Assembly (NCBI GenBank): GCA_049287345.1
Contig: JBAQFQ010000017.1
Coordinates: 4,555 to 68,554, forward strand
Length of the DNA stretch: 64,000 bases
Reading direction: 5' to 3'
Source of the DNA: Candidatus Moraniibacteriota bacterium
GTDB lineage: Bacteria > Patescibacteriota > Minisyncoccia > Moranbacterales > UBA9337
The translations under genes were made by a program, and so were the position numbers. Shown here piece by piece: positions 28,423 through 38,132 of the stretch. The notes below the pieces were generated by a model. That model made no database searches and was not told the DNA's origin. It was given only the letters and a program-made list of their open reading frames with translations. The stretch's first letter is position 1, and each line of letters opens with the position of its first letter.

Positions 28423-30546
28423 ATGCAAGACATTACTTTTTTTGCCAAAACCAATTTTCGAAACCAAAATATAAAATTTGGTATCAAGACCGCTGATCGA
28501 CAGCGACATATGTATGTGATTGGAAAAACTGGTATGGGTAAAACCACCCTGCTGGAAAATATTGTAATGCAAGATATCGCCAATGGTCACGGTGTGGCCT
28601 ATATTGATCCGCATGGAGATACCGCAGAAAAGTTAATTAAGGCTATTCCCGCCAACAGAATTAATGATGTAGTTTACTTTAATCCAGCGGATACGGAGTT
28701 TCCTATCGCTTTTAATATCTTGGAATCCGTCAGTGAAGATAAGAAGCATTTAGTAGCTTCTGGTATGATGGGGGTATTTAAAAAGATTTGGCCAGATGTC
28801 TGGAGTGCGAGAATGGAATATATCTTAAGTAATGCCCTGTTGGCTCTTTTGGATTATCCTGGTTCAACAATGATGGGAGTCAATCGGATGATGAGTGATA
28901 AAAAATATCGCCAAAGAGTTTATGAAAAAATAAAGGATCCGGTGGTAAAGGGTTTCTGGGTAGATGAATTTGAAACATGGGAAGATCGTTTTCGAAAAGA
29001 AGCCGTGGCGGCAATTCAAAATAAGGTGGGACAATTCCTTTCTTCTTTCTTGATTAGAAATATTGTGGGGCAAACAAAATCCACAATTAACATGAGGGAA
29101 ATAATGGATAATAACAAAATTTTAATTGTTAACTTATCCAAGGGAAGAATCGGAGAAGATGCGATGCGACTTTTGGGTGGGATGATTGTTACTAAAATTC
29201 AATTAGCAGCGATGGAGAGAGTGGATATGCCAGAAGAAGAAAGAAAGAATTTTTATTTAACTGTGGATGAGTTTCAAAATTTCGTAACAGAATCGTTTGC
29301 TAATATTTTGTCAGAGGCTAGAAAATATCGTTTAAACTTGTTAGTGGCGCACCAATATATTAATCAGCTCGTGACTGACAGTAGTGCAGTTGTTAAAGAT
29401 GCTATTTTTGGTAATGTGGGAACTATTATTTCTTTTCGAGTTGGAGCCGAGGACGCGGAATTTCTGGAAAAGGAATTTGAGCCAGTTTTTATGATGAATG
29501 ATATCGTTAACTTGCCTAAGTTTAGCATCTATCTAAAATTAATGATTGATGGAATTGCGGGTAATGCTTTTTCCGCTACAGCTTTACCACCCATTGATTT
29601 AGAGGGCACAATGGAAAACGCCGAAAAAGTTATCCGAATTTCCAGAGAGCGCTATGCTAAAGACAGAAAAGAAATTGAGGAGAAAATTGCTAGATGGACA
29701 GGTATGCTGGTTAATACGGACACCAGCAGAAATATTTTAGAAAATAGAAATCAACAACCAGTACGCAGCGCTTACGTTAAGCCTGTAGTTAGAAAGGATT
29801 TTGTTAATAAAAATGAGGCGGTGGAGAAAAAAAATCAAATAGATAATACTCCCGTTGTAAAAGAAATTAAGATTGATGAGTCGATTAATTTGACTCAAGA
29901 TAAAATTATCAATGTTGAGCCTATTAAAGCAGATACGCAAACTGTTTTAAAAAATGAGGTAGTGACTGCTATTGAAAAAGATAATATTCAATCCAATATA
30001 GCTCCAATTAAAATTGAAGAGCAAATAAAAGTTAATGATGAGACGGCGGTTAAGGAGGAATCTTTAAATGTGCAGGAAGAAATCTTGCTTGCAAAGAAAG
30101 ATGAGACTGTTGAAAAGCCAGGAGTTAAAAATAAAACACTACATGATTCAGAATGTGATACTTGTGGGGTAGCTATCCAAATACCATTTAAGCCAGATGG
30201 AGAGCGTCCTACTTTTTGTAAGGATTGTTTAAAGGATTATCAGCGAGCAATTGCTAGAATACAAAATGAGGAAAGTGAAAATAAGAAAAGAATTTCCCAA
30301 GAGGGTGAAATCTTTAATCCCGCTAAAGCTAATGGTATCGAAAGAGATAATTACCGACCAAATTTGCAGGGAAAAATAGAGACCGAACAGCGGGTTTATC
30401 AGCCACAAGAGAAGCCATTAAGTTTATCCCAGACACGTTTTATGGCTCCAAAAAAAATAAAAAACATGGATGCGGGTAGAGAATTGTCTAAATTAAGGGA
30501 GATAATTCAAAAAAATAATGAAGCCAGACATAAAGATGAAAAATAA
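28423..30546 (+). CDS. VirD4/TrwB-like (T4CP-family) P-loop ATPase lacking TM segments, with KE-rich linker and C-terminal CxxC...CxxC zinc ribbon
   Basis: Walker A VIGKTGMGKTT, downstream YIDPHGD (cf. the T4CP DPxGD motif), Walker B FYLTVDEFQNF, RKYRLNLLVAHQ. C-terminus CDTCGVAIQIPFKPDGERPTFCKDC. Confidence 0.5.
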   Translation: MQDITFFAKTNFRNQNIKFGIKTADRQRHMYVIGKTGMGKTTLLENIVMQDIANGHGVAYIDPHGDTAEKLIKAIPANRINDVVYFNPADTEFPIAFNILESVSEDKKHLVASGMMGVFKKIWPDVWSARMEYILSNALLALLDYPGSTMMGVNRMMSDKKYRQRVYEKIKDPVVKGFWVDEFETWEDRFRKEAVAAIQNKVGQFLSSFLIRNIVGQTKSTINMREIMDNNKILIVNLSKGRIGEDAMRLLGGMIVTKIQLAAMERVDMPEEERKNFYLTVDEFQNFVTESFANILSEARKYRLNLLVAHQYINQLVTDSSAVVKDAIFGNVGTIISFRVGAEDAEFLEKEFEPVFMMNDIVNLPKFSIYLKLMIDGIAGNAFSATALPPIDLEGTMENAEKVIRISRERYAKDRKEIEEKIARWTGMLVNTDTSRNILENRNQQPVRSAYVKPVVRKDFVNKNEAVEKKNQIDNTPVVKEIKIDESINLTQDKIINVEPIKADTQTVLKNEVVTAIEKDNIQSNIAPIKIEEQIKVNDETAVKEESLNVQEEILLAKKDETVEKPGVKNKTLHDSECDTCGVAIQIPFKPDGERPTFCKDCLKDYQRAIARIQNEESENKKRISQEGEIFNPAKANGIERDNYRPNLQGKIETEQRVYQPQEKPLSLSQTRFMAPKKIKNMDAGRELSKLREIIQKNNEARHKDEK

Positions 30547-30562
30547 TTTTTTCTTTAAAATA

Positions 30563-30591
30563 TTGACTAGTTCCATATTTTTGACTAAGAT
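30563..30591 (+). promoter_or_regulatory. Sigma70-like promoter TTGACT-N17-TAAGAT for groES
   Basis: Seen directly; no CIRCE inverted repeat is present. Confidence 0.4.
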
Positions 30592-30681
30592 ATAGTATGG
30601 ATTGAGGCTTAGTTAATTAATATAAATAGGAATTGTTGCTGCAGATTTTAAAAATATCTGACGATGAATTCTTTATTAGGT

Positions 30682-30963
30682 ATGAATATTCAACCACTCA
30701 AAAGCAATATTTTAATTATTCCTGAAAAAAATGTGGAAAAAAATAAAACTGAAACGGGTATTTATTTACCAGAATCAGCTGCCACAGATGGTGAACGACC
30801 GCAAATAGGCAAAGTAGTAGCGGTGGGGGATAGTAATAAAATAGTCGTTAAAAAGGGTCAGAAAGTTATCTTTAGCCGATACAGTGGGACAGAAGTATCC
30901 GTAAATGGAGAGGAATACTTGATTGTGAAAAATGATGATGTACTAGCGGTGATCACTAAATAA
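30682..30963 (+). CDS. groES: Co-chaperonin GroES
   Basis: MNIQPLKSNILI start (the track ORF starts 6 codons earlier). Mobile-loop and roof-hairpin pattern IYLPESA..GKVVAVG. No groEL downstream. Confidence 0.85.
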   Translation: MNIQPLKSNILIIPEKNVEKNKTETGIYLPESAATDGERPQIGKVVAVGDSNKIVVKKGQKVIFSRYSGTEVSVNGEEYLIVKNDDVLAVITK

Positions 30964-30965
30964 AA

Positions 30966-31000
30966 AAAATAAAAAACACCCTCTTTTCTGGGGGTGTTTT
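30966..31000 (+). terminator. Rho-independent terminator
   Basis: AAAAACACCC-TCTTTTCTG-GGGGTGTTTTTTTG. Confidence 0.6.
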
Positions 31001-31028
31001 TTTGTTCAATAAGTAAATTGAATATTTA

Positions 31029-31850
31029 CTACTTTACTATTTCAAATCTTTTTTCCTGCCAAGCAGCAAAGCCTCCGCGCAGAGTATAAGTGGCTAGTAA
31101 TCCTAAATCATTGAGTTTAACACTCGCTTTAAAATCATCATCGTTATTAGCGCCATAAACTAAAATTTCCTTGGAAACAGGGAGCTCACTTTTTCTTTTT
31201 TCGAGTTCTGCTAGGGGAATATTGACCGCTCCAGGAATGTGTCCGGTGCTATATTGAGAAGCCAAACGGACATCTAGTACAAAAACCGGATATTGGCCCT
31301 CAAGGGCTAATTTGAGCTGCTCAGGGATGATGTAGTCCACCTTGGACCAGTCCAGGGCAGACTCTTTATCTCCGCCGCCAATAAGAGGGGTGCCTTCTTC
31401 TGCCCAACCTTTAATTCCACCGGTAAGCGCTAGAACATTTTTAAAATTCAACTCAATTTTAAGTTTTTTTATAACAGCAGAAACATCGGTCATCTTGTCG
31501 TAATCATAGCCCACAACTACTACTAAATTATCCTTATTTAGTTCACTAATTGTTTTTTCAAAATTTTCCGGAGAAAGATTGATGGATTTTTGAATATGAT
31601 TTTTTTCAAAATTTACGGCGTCTCTTATGTCCAATATAGCTAAATCTTCCTTGGCGATTATTTTGGTGTTGAGTTCTAGTGAAGTTATATATTTATAATC
31701 GGAATAGGTCGGAGTTTTAGTTGCCACTGGCAAATCTTCGGGAGTTTTATTTAACAGGGAGCTTTTGATTAGAGTGAAACATAAAACCACGACTATCAGG
31801 AGGATGCCAAAAAAAATTATTTTATTTTCTTTTTTTTCTTTTGAGTTCAT
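31029..31850 (-). CDS. Membrane-anchored tandem rhodanese-like domain protein (no catalytic Cys evident)
   Basis: Two rhodanese-fold segments (DIRDAVNFEKNHIQKSINL; LDVRLASQYSTGHIPGAVNIP). The active-site loop reads VYGANNDDD instead of CxxGxR. Confidence 0.55.
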   Translation of the reverse strand: MNSKEKKENKIIFFGILLIVVVLCFTLIKSSLLNKTPEDLPVATKTPTYSDYKYITSLELNTKIIAKEDLAILDIRDAVNFEKNHIQKSINLSPENFEKTISELNKDNLVVVVGYDYDKMTDVSAVIKKLKIELNFKNVLALTGGIKGWAEEGTPLIGGGDKESALDWSKVDYIIPEQLKLALEGQYPVFVLDVRLASQYSTGHIPGAVNIPLAELEKRKSELPVSKEILVYGANNDDDFKASVKLNDLGLLATYTLRGGFAAWQEKRFEIVK

Positions 31851-31853
31851 AAT

Positions 31854-32813
31854 TTATTTTAAAATACTGCCAATGAAATTTGGATAACCATTAAGAAAAT
31901 CTTCTATAGTAACTTCATTTTTTCCAGCTAGCTGAATTTTCTTGAGTACAATTATTCCATCATTAGTTTGAACTCCCACTAGGTTGTCAGTTTTAAAAAC
32001 TTCTCCTAGGTGGTATCTTTTTTCTAAAATATTATTTTGAGCAACTATCTCGTTGAGAGATATTTTTTGAAGATTACCTTTGTTTTCCCAGAAAGTAAAA
32101 ATTCCTGGCCAGACACGAAAGGCTCTAAGTTTATTATAAATATCTTTAGCATCTTGGTCCCAACTTATTTTGCCATCATTCTTTTCAATTAATTGGCAAA
32201 GTGTTGCTTGGGAGTTGTCTTGGGGGGTGGGCTTGAGGGTGCCGGCGGTCCACTCGGTAATGGTAGAAATTAGTAAATGGGCGGCATTAACAGCCATTTT
32301 TCCGCCTAAGGTTAAGTAATCATCATGTGGATCAATGGGGATAATCTTTTGCGCCAAGATGTCTCCAGTGTCAACGCCCTTATCCATTAGCATTATGGTT
32401 ATGCCACTTTGCTCTAGACCCTCAATGAGAGCATTTTGAATGGGTGATGAACCTCTTAATTTTGGCAAAAGCGAGGCGTGGACGTTAATTGATTTGTAAC
32501 GCGGTATCTTGAGAATTTTTTCTGGAATTATTTTTCCAAAAGCAACTACTATAATAAGATCAGGCTTAAACTCTTCAATTTTTTTTTCAAAATCTAGATC
32601 CAGTTTAATGGGTTGAAGGAGGGGGATATTTTTTTCGGTAGCAATTTTTTTAACAGGACTCAAGACAACCTCCTTCCCATTTTTTGATAGGTAATCTGGT
32701 TGCGTTACGACGGCACAGATGGGGTAATTTTCTGCTAGTAAGGTTTCTAATACCAAGCTAGCAATGTCTGGGGTGCCCATAAAAACGATTGATGGTTTTT
32801 TTGTTTCTGACAT
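31854..32813 (-). CDS. fmt: Methionyl-tRNA formyltransferase
   Basis: IVFMGTPDIA N-terminus; SLLPKLRG and HASLLP formyltransferase motifs. Confidence 0.9.
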   Translation of the reverse strand: MSETKKPSIVFMGTPDIASLVLETLLAENYPICAVVTQPDYLSKNGKEVVLSPVKKIATEKNIPLLQPIKLDLDFEKKIEEFKPDLIIVVAFGKIIPEKILKIPRYKSINVHASLLPKLRGSSPIQNALIEGLEQSGITIMLMDKGVDTGDILAQKIIPIDPHDDYLTLGGKMAVNAAHLLISTITEWTAGTLKPTPQDNSQATLCQLIEKNDGKISWDQDAKDIYNKLRAFRVWPGIFTFWENKGNLQKISLNEIVAQNNILEKRYHLGEVFKTDNLVGVQTNDGIIVLKKIQLAGKNEVTIEDFLNGYPNFIGSILK

Positions 32814-32824
32814 ATTTATTTTTT

Positions 32825-33253
32825 TTATCTGTTTATAAAAAGAATTCCTTCTAAATGATCAATCTCGTGTTGAAATGCTCGAGCTAGTAACTCAGTAGCT
32901 TTTATCTTGCACGGTTCTCCTTTTTCATTTAAATATCTAACCTGCACAGTTTCAAAACGTTTAACGGGAATAAATTTTTTAGGAAAACTTAGGCAACCTT
33001 CCTCGGTGATTATTTTTTCGTTAGAGTGAGCAGTAATTTTTGGATTGATTAGTACGTACGTCTTTCCTGCGTGCTCGATAATGCAAAGTCTGATGGATTC
33101 ACCAATCTGAGGAGCCGCCAAGCCCATGCCACTATTTTCTCGCATGGTTTTAATCATGGCTGGAATCAATGCCTGAATTTTGGGGTCAAGCGGGTTTTTT
33201 ACATTGGTAGCTTTTTTTTCTAAAATTGGATTGGGATAAGTTAGTATTTCCAT
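32825..33253 (-). CDS. def: Peptide deformylase
   Basis: GMGLAAPQIG, EGCLSFP and HEIDHLEG metal-binding motifs. Confidence 0.9.
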   Translation of the reverse strand: MEILTYPNPILEKKATNVKNPLDPKIQALIPAMIKTMRENSGMGLAAPQIGESIRLCIIEHAGKTYVLINPKITAHSNEKIITEEGCLSFPKKFIPVKRFETVQVRYLNEKGEPCKIKATELLARAFQHEIDHLEGILFINR

Positions 33254-33265
33254 GATTGTGATGAT

Positions 33266-33622
33266 TTATTGTGTAAAGTTGTTCCGATATAGGGTTTTTA
33301 CCTCTTTGTCACAGTAAACTTTAATTTTTACAGAGCCCTGATTTAAGGGTTGGTTAATAATAACACTTTCTTGGTTATTTTTCAAGACAGATAGACTACC
33401 TTGATCAATGGGTGTTTCATTAAGAAATAATTCCCAGGAGAAGTCTTTTTTGTTGGTATAATTTTCAATAGTAAAATCAAGGGATGAAGCTTGGGGGTTT
33501 TTGAAATATAAAAACCAACCATCTTTAAGTTTATTTTGATTATTTTCAATGATAGCTAAGAAGGAGAAGCTAAGGACAATGAAAATACTTAACGTTATTA
33601 AAATAATTTTTTGATTGAACAT
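33266..33622 (-). CDS. Small secreted/anchored hypothetical protein
   Basis: N-terminal hydrophobic segment only. Confidence 0.35.
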   Translation of the reverse strand: MFNQKIILITLSIFIVLSFSFLAIIENNQNKLKDGWFLYFKNPQASSLDFTIENYTNKKDFSWELFLNETPIDQGSLSVLKNNQESVIINQPLNQGSVKIKVYCDKEVKTLYRNNFTQ

Positions 33623-33642
33623 ATGTTTTTTTAAATATTAAC

Positions 33643-35685
33643 TTATTTTTTGTAAAAAATAGAGAGACTTGGCCCTTCATATATCTTGGAAAATTGAGGG
33701 TTGGATTCAAATTGGGGTCCATCAACTGAGGTATCCACTGCAATATAATGAGTTTTGGTGGCGAGATAACAGGATTGAGCTCTCTCGGAGGATGGCTCAC
33801 TAATCATCCAGAGTGTGCACATTTCTCGGGGCTTAGTGGGATCTTCGTATCTTTTGAAATATCCGCGCGAGAGAGGGTAATTGTAGTCCTTAAGGAAAAA
33901 TAATTTTATCCAAGAATCAGCGGTAATGTAATTATGATCCTTGAGAAAGTTTTCCTCATTGGCTTCTGGACGAAGAGCAATCTGCTCGGCTAAAAATTTA
34001 GAAAGATGAAAAGTTTGCAGAGCTCTTTGACTTTTTTGTCCATCAGAAAGTGACCCAGAGTTGTCGTAGTAGCCAGCAAAGATAATAGTAGTAAATATTG
34101 CGATAAACCCAAGGCGAGTTATATTTTTAGAGATGTTGAAATTATTTTCTATTTTTTGCAGAGAGACAATTAGGTAAATTAACCCTAAAGAGGAGAGAAT
34201 AATAAAGGGAAAATTAGCATAATTAGATACTCTTTCTGAGGGAAGATTTATATGTAGATAGTGTGGGAAAACGGTCATAAAAAATAAGCAAAGTGCCCAG
34301 CCAATAAGGATAGTGGCAGGTAGTAATTTTCTATAATCATCTTTTATCTCCCAAGATTTAATGACGCCAACAATCATCAAAACAAAGATACCAATAATCC
34401 CCAGGGCTAATCTTAATTCTCCTACAGCGTATTTAAATTGCTCTAGGGTGAGTCCTGCTCTAGTGGACTTAGACGGCGCCCCTACAGCAGTGGATGTAGC
34501 TGAGGGGGATAGATAACTAGGTGTATAAACTAGAAATAAAAATAATATAGCCCCGATAAAAAATAATATTATTTGGGGACGAATAAATATCGACATTAAG
34601 TCTTTAAATACTTTTTGGTAAGTTTGCCAGAGAGTGGGAATTTTATTGGAGGAGGCATTGAATATTTTTTGTAAAATAAGTAATCCATTAAAAGTTAGGA
34701 AAATAAAAGCTAAAATAAAGAGAAAGATGAATCCACTTAAGTGATGAGTATAAAATAAACCAGCACTTAAAAATAAGCCCAAAAATAAAAACCAGGAATT
34801 TTTTTCTTTGAGGGCTCGATAAAATAGGTAGAGGCAAAGTGGAATTAGTAAGTTACCAATCAAATTGCCAATAACTCCGCCACTTACAAATTTGGCCTGG
34901 GGGGAAGTAATTGCATAGATGGGACCAATTATTAACAAGCTGAGAATAGCTAGATTAGTAGAATTGATTATTTTTTCGTAAAAAGTATCGGCAAAAATTC
35001 TTAAAGTCAAAATGAATATTGCTAATATGCTAAAGATATTGATAGCAAATAAAATAAGGGCTGGGAAATAGGAATTAAATGGAATTTTGCTCAGGAGATT
35101 AATGCCGGAAAAAATTAAATGTTCACCAATGATAAAGTCAGCGATGGAGTTGGACTCAAGGCGGTATTCATTATCTTGTTTTACGATTTCGATTTTCTGG
35201 TAATCGGGTATTTTTCCAGTTTGGGCAGTTAGTTTTGACCAATACATATGGTGGCCCAAGTCAGTAGCAGTAGGGAAAATAGCGTCTTTTAAATAGGCAG
35301 TTTTAATGAAAATCGTTAGAAATAAGATCAGGACAATCAAAATAGTCTGACTCCGGGTAAAGATTATTTTAGGTAGAGATTTTTTTGGTTGAAGGGGGTT
35401 TTTGCGGACTAAAAATTTATAAAGAGCATACAAGCTGATTATAAATAGGGAAAATAAAATAAGGATTAATTTTTGATTTATAAGAAGGCCTAATTTTCCA
35501 GAAAGAATTATCAGAAAATCAAAGACAATAAGACTGAGGGCAAAAGACAGCACAGCTATTTCAATTGGCAAAAAGAGATGGTTTGTTTTTTTTCTAAAAA
35601 TAGCAAGTAATAAAAAATATCCTGGTAGAATCAGTAAGAAAATAAAACTTAAGAAAAAAAGCAGTAGTTCAATAAAAATAGACAT
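33643..35685 (-). CDS. Polytopic membrane protein, putative GT-C-type glycosyltransferase (ArnT/PMT-like)
   Basis: More than 12 TM helices plus a C-terminal soluble domain; operon context with a GT2 polyprenyl-phosphate sugar synthase and a GT4. Confidence 0.35.
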   Translation of the reverse strand: MSIFIELLLFFLSFIFLLILPGYFLLLAIFRKKTNHLFLPIEIAVLSFALSLIVFDFLIILSGKLGLLINQKLILILFSLFIISLYALYKFLVRKNPLQPKKSLPKIIFTRSQTILIVLILFLTIFIKTAYLKDAIFPTATDLGHHMYWSKLTAQTGKIPDYQKIEIVKQDNEYRLESNSIADFIIGEHLIFSGINLLSKIPFNSYFPALILFAINIFSILAIFILTLRIFADTFYEKIINSTNLAILSLLIIGPIYAITSPQAKFVSGGVIGNLIGNLLIPLCLYLFYRALKEKNSWFLFLGLFLSAGLFYTHHLSGFIFLFILAFIFLTFNGLLILQKIFNASSNKIPTLWQTYQKVFKDLMSIFIRPQIILFFIGAILFLFLVYTPSYLSPSATSTAVGAPSKSTRAGLTLEQFKYAVGELRLALGIIGIFVLMIVGVIKSWEIKDDYRKLLPATILIGWALCLFFMTVFPHYLHINLPSERVSNYANFPFIILSSLGLIYLIVSLQKIENNFNISKNITRLGFIAIFTTIIFAGYYDNSGSLSDGQKSQRALQTFHLSKFLAEQIALRPEANEENFLKDHNYITADSWIKLFFLKDYNYPLSRGYFKRYEDPTKPREMCTLWMISEPSSERAQSCYLATKTHYIAVDTSVDGPQFESNPQFSKIYEGPSLSIFYKK

Positions 35686-35848
35686 AGGGACTTAATTAGT
35701 ACATTAGGTTAATTTTATTTATGTTGACGATGGGGTTGCCATCAAATAATCTTAAATCTGCCAGTAAGTATCTATATAGTAGCACATTGTAAGGGACATG
35801 TTAATGTGTAAAATGGTTGATCTTTTTCGGATAATTTTTAAATATAAA

Positions 35849-35877
35849 AAGCGCGAAGTTGGATACTTCGCGCTAAT
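35849..35877 (-). terminator. Rho-independent terminator (minus strand) after the GT4 gene
   Basis: GCGCGAAGT-ATCCAACT-TCGCGC hairpin with a U tract on the minus strand. Confidence 0.5.
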
Positions 35878-35888
35878 TTGTGGAATTG

Positions 35889-37022
35889 TTAGATATTGGT
35901 GAGCTCCTTGAAATAGCGTTTACCAACAGCTTCCCAGGAGAAATTTTCAAATGTAAAGCTTTGGGCTTGAGCGCCAAATTTTTCCATTAAATCTTCATCG
36001 GTTAAGACATTTTTTATTTTTTGAGCATACTGCTGCGCATTTTGGGGTTCTACTAAAAAGCCATTTTTGCCATCGATTATTGCATCCTTAAGTCCTTCTA
36101 AGTCGGCTGCTATTACCACTTTAGCACAAGCCGCTCCTTCAATAGCATTAATACCAAATCCTTCCATGGAGCCAGGTACTTTAATGTTGGGGGAAATAAA
36201 TAAATCAACCGTATTAAAGAGAAGATTCATGTGTTGTTGTGAGATGTTGGTGAATAATTTAACGCGTTCGGTTAAATTTTGTTGTTGGATATTTTTTTCA
36301 CAATCTGGAAAGATATCGCTATCGCCAACTGTCTTTTTAGCTACTCGGCCACCAGCTCCAACTAGGATGTAATTTGAGGGGAGCAGCGGCATAACTTCTT
36401 TAATAAACCAATCTAAGCCCTTGTGTCGGACGAAACGACCAACTCTTAAAATTACCTTTTTATCAGTTAAATCTAGATCTAAAAAATTAGCTAAATCTTT
36501 TCTATTAAAATTGGAGCAAACCTTATCTTTATCAAATCCATTGGGAATAAAGACACATTTTTCTTGAGAAATGCCCAGTTTAACAGCCTCCAGGATGGTG
36601 TAATTGCCAACCATAATAAGTTTATCCATTTTGCCAATAGCTGGAATGATAAGCATTTTGTAAATTTTTCCTAAAAATGATTTTTTATAAGCAAAGGTTA
36701 AATCTAGGCCATGAATAATGCTGGCTACCTTTTTTTGGGGATAAATAAGTTTAAAAAATATTCCCAAAGGAGAAAGAACACCGTCGCCAAAAAGAATTAC
36801 GTCATATTTTCGAGCGGAGTAGATCCCCGTAAAGGCAGTCTTAATTAGAAACAGGGGTAGAAATTTCTTTCCACGTGTATTGGCGATTATTTTTACTTCA
36901 GTTAAGCGAGAAAGTTCAGTGGCAATTCCATAGTTTTGGTTTTCGATACCGCCGAGAGTTGGCGGATAAGCCCTAGAGATAAATAAGATGCGAGGTTTTT
37001 TATTCATTTTTTTTGAATTCAC
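35889..37022 (-). CDS. GT4 family glycosyltransferase
   Basis: E-x7-E region MEGFGINAIEGAA; GT-B fold motifs. Confidence 0.75.
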   Translation of the reverse strand: MNSKKMNKKPRILFISRAYPPTLGGIENQNYGIATELSRLTEVKIIANTRGKKFLPLFLIKTAFTGIYSARKYDVILFGDGVLSPLGIFFKLIYPQKKVASIIHGLDLTFAYKKSFLGKIYKMLIIPAIGKMDKLIMVGNYTILEAVKLGISQEKCVFIPNGFDKDKVCSNFNRKDLANFLDLDLTDKKVILRVGRFVRHKGLDWFIKEVMPLLPSNYILVGAGGRVAKKTVGDSDIFPDCEKNIQQQNLTERVKLFTNISQQHMNLLFNTVDLFISPNIKVPGSMEGFGINAIEGAACAKVVIAADLEGLKDAIIDGKNGFLVEPQNAQQYAQKIKNVLTDEDLMEKFGAQAQSFTFENFSWEAVGKRYFKELTNI

Positions 37023-37977
37023 GTTTTCTTTTATTATAAAAGTAAGATTTTAGTAAATACATCTGATCTTCAGTTAATTTACGATTAGTTTTTATCATAT
37101 CTGCAATTAAGGCGAAAATTATGGCTTGGAGGCCAATTAGAAAAAGGGTTACAGAAAGTAGGAGGTAATTTCGGTAAGGAGAAACTTTAAAATCTTGAAA
37201 ATAGAAGAAAAGAAAGAAGATAAATATTAATAAAGAAGCAATAATTAAAATTAGTCCAGGGATGCCAAAAAATTTCATTGGGCGAACATCGCGAATGGCC
37301 TTAATGATTATTTTAAAGCTATTGTTAACAAAATGATAAACACTTTTAACTACTCGAGATTTTCGATCAGCAAAATAAGTGACGGTAACCGGAACCCATT
37401 TTAACTTTAGATTTTTCCCCAAGGCATCAATGATGGTTTCTTGGGTATAAGTAAATCCGCCAGGTAGATTAAGCTTCAACATTGTTTCACTATTCATCGC
37501 TCGAAACCCACAAGTTAAGTCTTTTATTTTAAATTGCATAAATTTCCCAACTGTATTGGCGGCAAATCGATTGAGAAAATCTTTTATCCAGGGAATATTT
37601 TTAGCCTTATGCTCACCAAAGCGGTCAGCAATAACCATATCAGCCTCGCCATTTAAGATGGGGTCGAGCAACTTTTGAATATCATTGGGATCAAACTGTC
37701 CATCAGCATCAATATTAACCATCATATCAGCACCTTGATCCAGAGCATTGGTAACGGCGGTCTTGAAAACTACCCCAATTCCTCGGTTAGTATTGTGAGA
37801 AACAACGAAATCTGCCCCAGCTTCTCGAGAGACTTCGGCAGTTCTATCTTTAGAGCCATCGTTGACTACCTGAATTAAAACTTCGCTAATCCCATTAAAT
37901 TTTCTGGGGATTCTTCTAATAGTTTGACCAATTTTCTCTTCCTCATTAAAGGCTGGTAAGTTTACAATAAGTTTCAT
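37000..37977 (-). CDS. GT2 family polyprenyl-phosphate glycosyltransferase (DPM1/GtrB/ArnC-like) with C-terminal TM segments
   Basis: VVNDGSKD, DADGQFD (DxD), and C-terminal TM helices; overlaps the GT4 gene by 23 nt. Confidence 0.75.
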   Translation of the reverse strand: MKLIVNLPAFNEEEKIGQTIRRIPRKFNGISEVLIQVVNDGSKDRTAEVSREAGADFVVSHNTNRGIGVVFKTAVTNALDQGADMMVNIDADGQFDPNDIQKLLDPILNGEADMVIADRFGEHKAKNIPWIKDFLNRFAANTVGKFMQFKIKDLTCGFRAMNSETMLKLNLPGGFTYTQETIIDALGKNLKLKWVPVTVTYFADRKSRVVKSVYHFVNNSFKIIIKAIRDVRPMKFFGIPGLILIIASLLIFIFFLFFYFQDFKVSPYRNYLLLSVTLFLIGLQAIIFALIADMIKTNRKLTEDQMYLLKSYFYNKRKREFKKNE

Positions 37978-38132
37978 AATAATGGTTTTTTTAAATAATT
38001 ATTATCAGAAAGTTATTTTAATATTAGCTTAAAAGTATGATTTTAGCAATGTAAAGCTAGCTGAATATAATTTGGCAAATGTTCTTTTTTAGATTAGGAT
38101 AATAGGGAGTTGTTATTATTGTTGGGTAAAAT

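Noticed and set aside
30547-30663. CIRCE heat-shock operator upstream of groES.
   Set aside because: No TTAGCACTC-N9-GAGTGCTAA-like inverted repeat; only a sigma70-like promoter was found.
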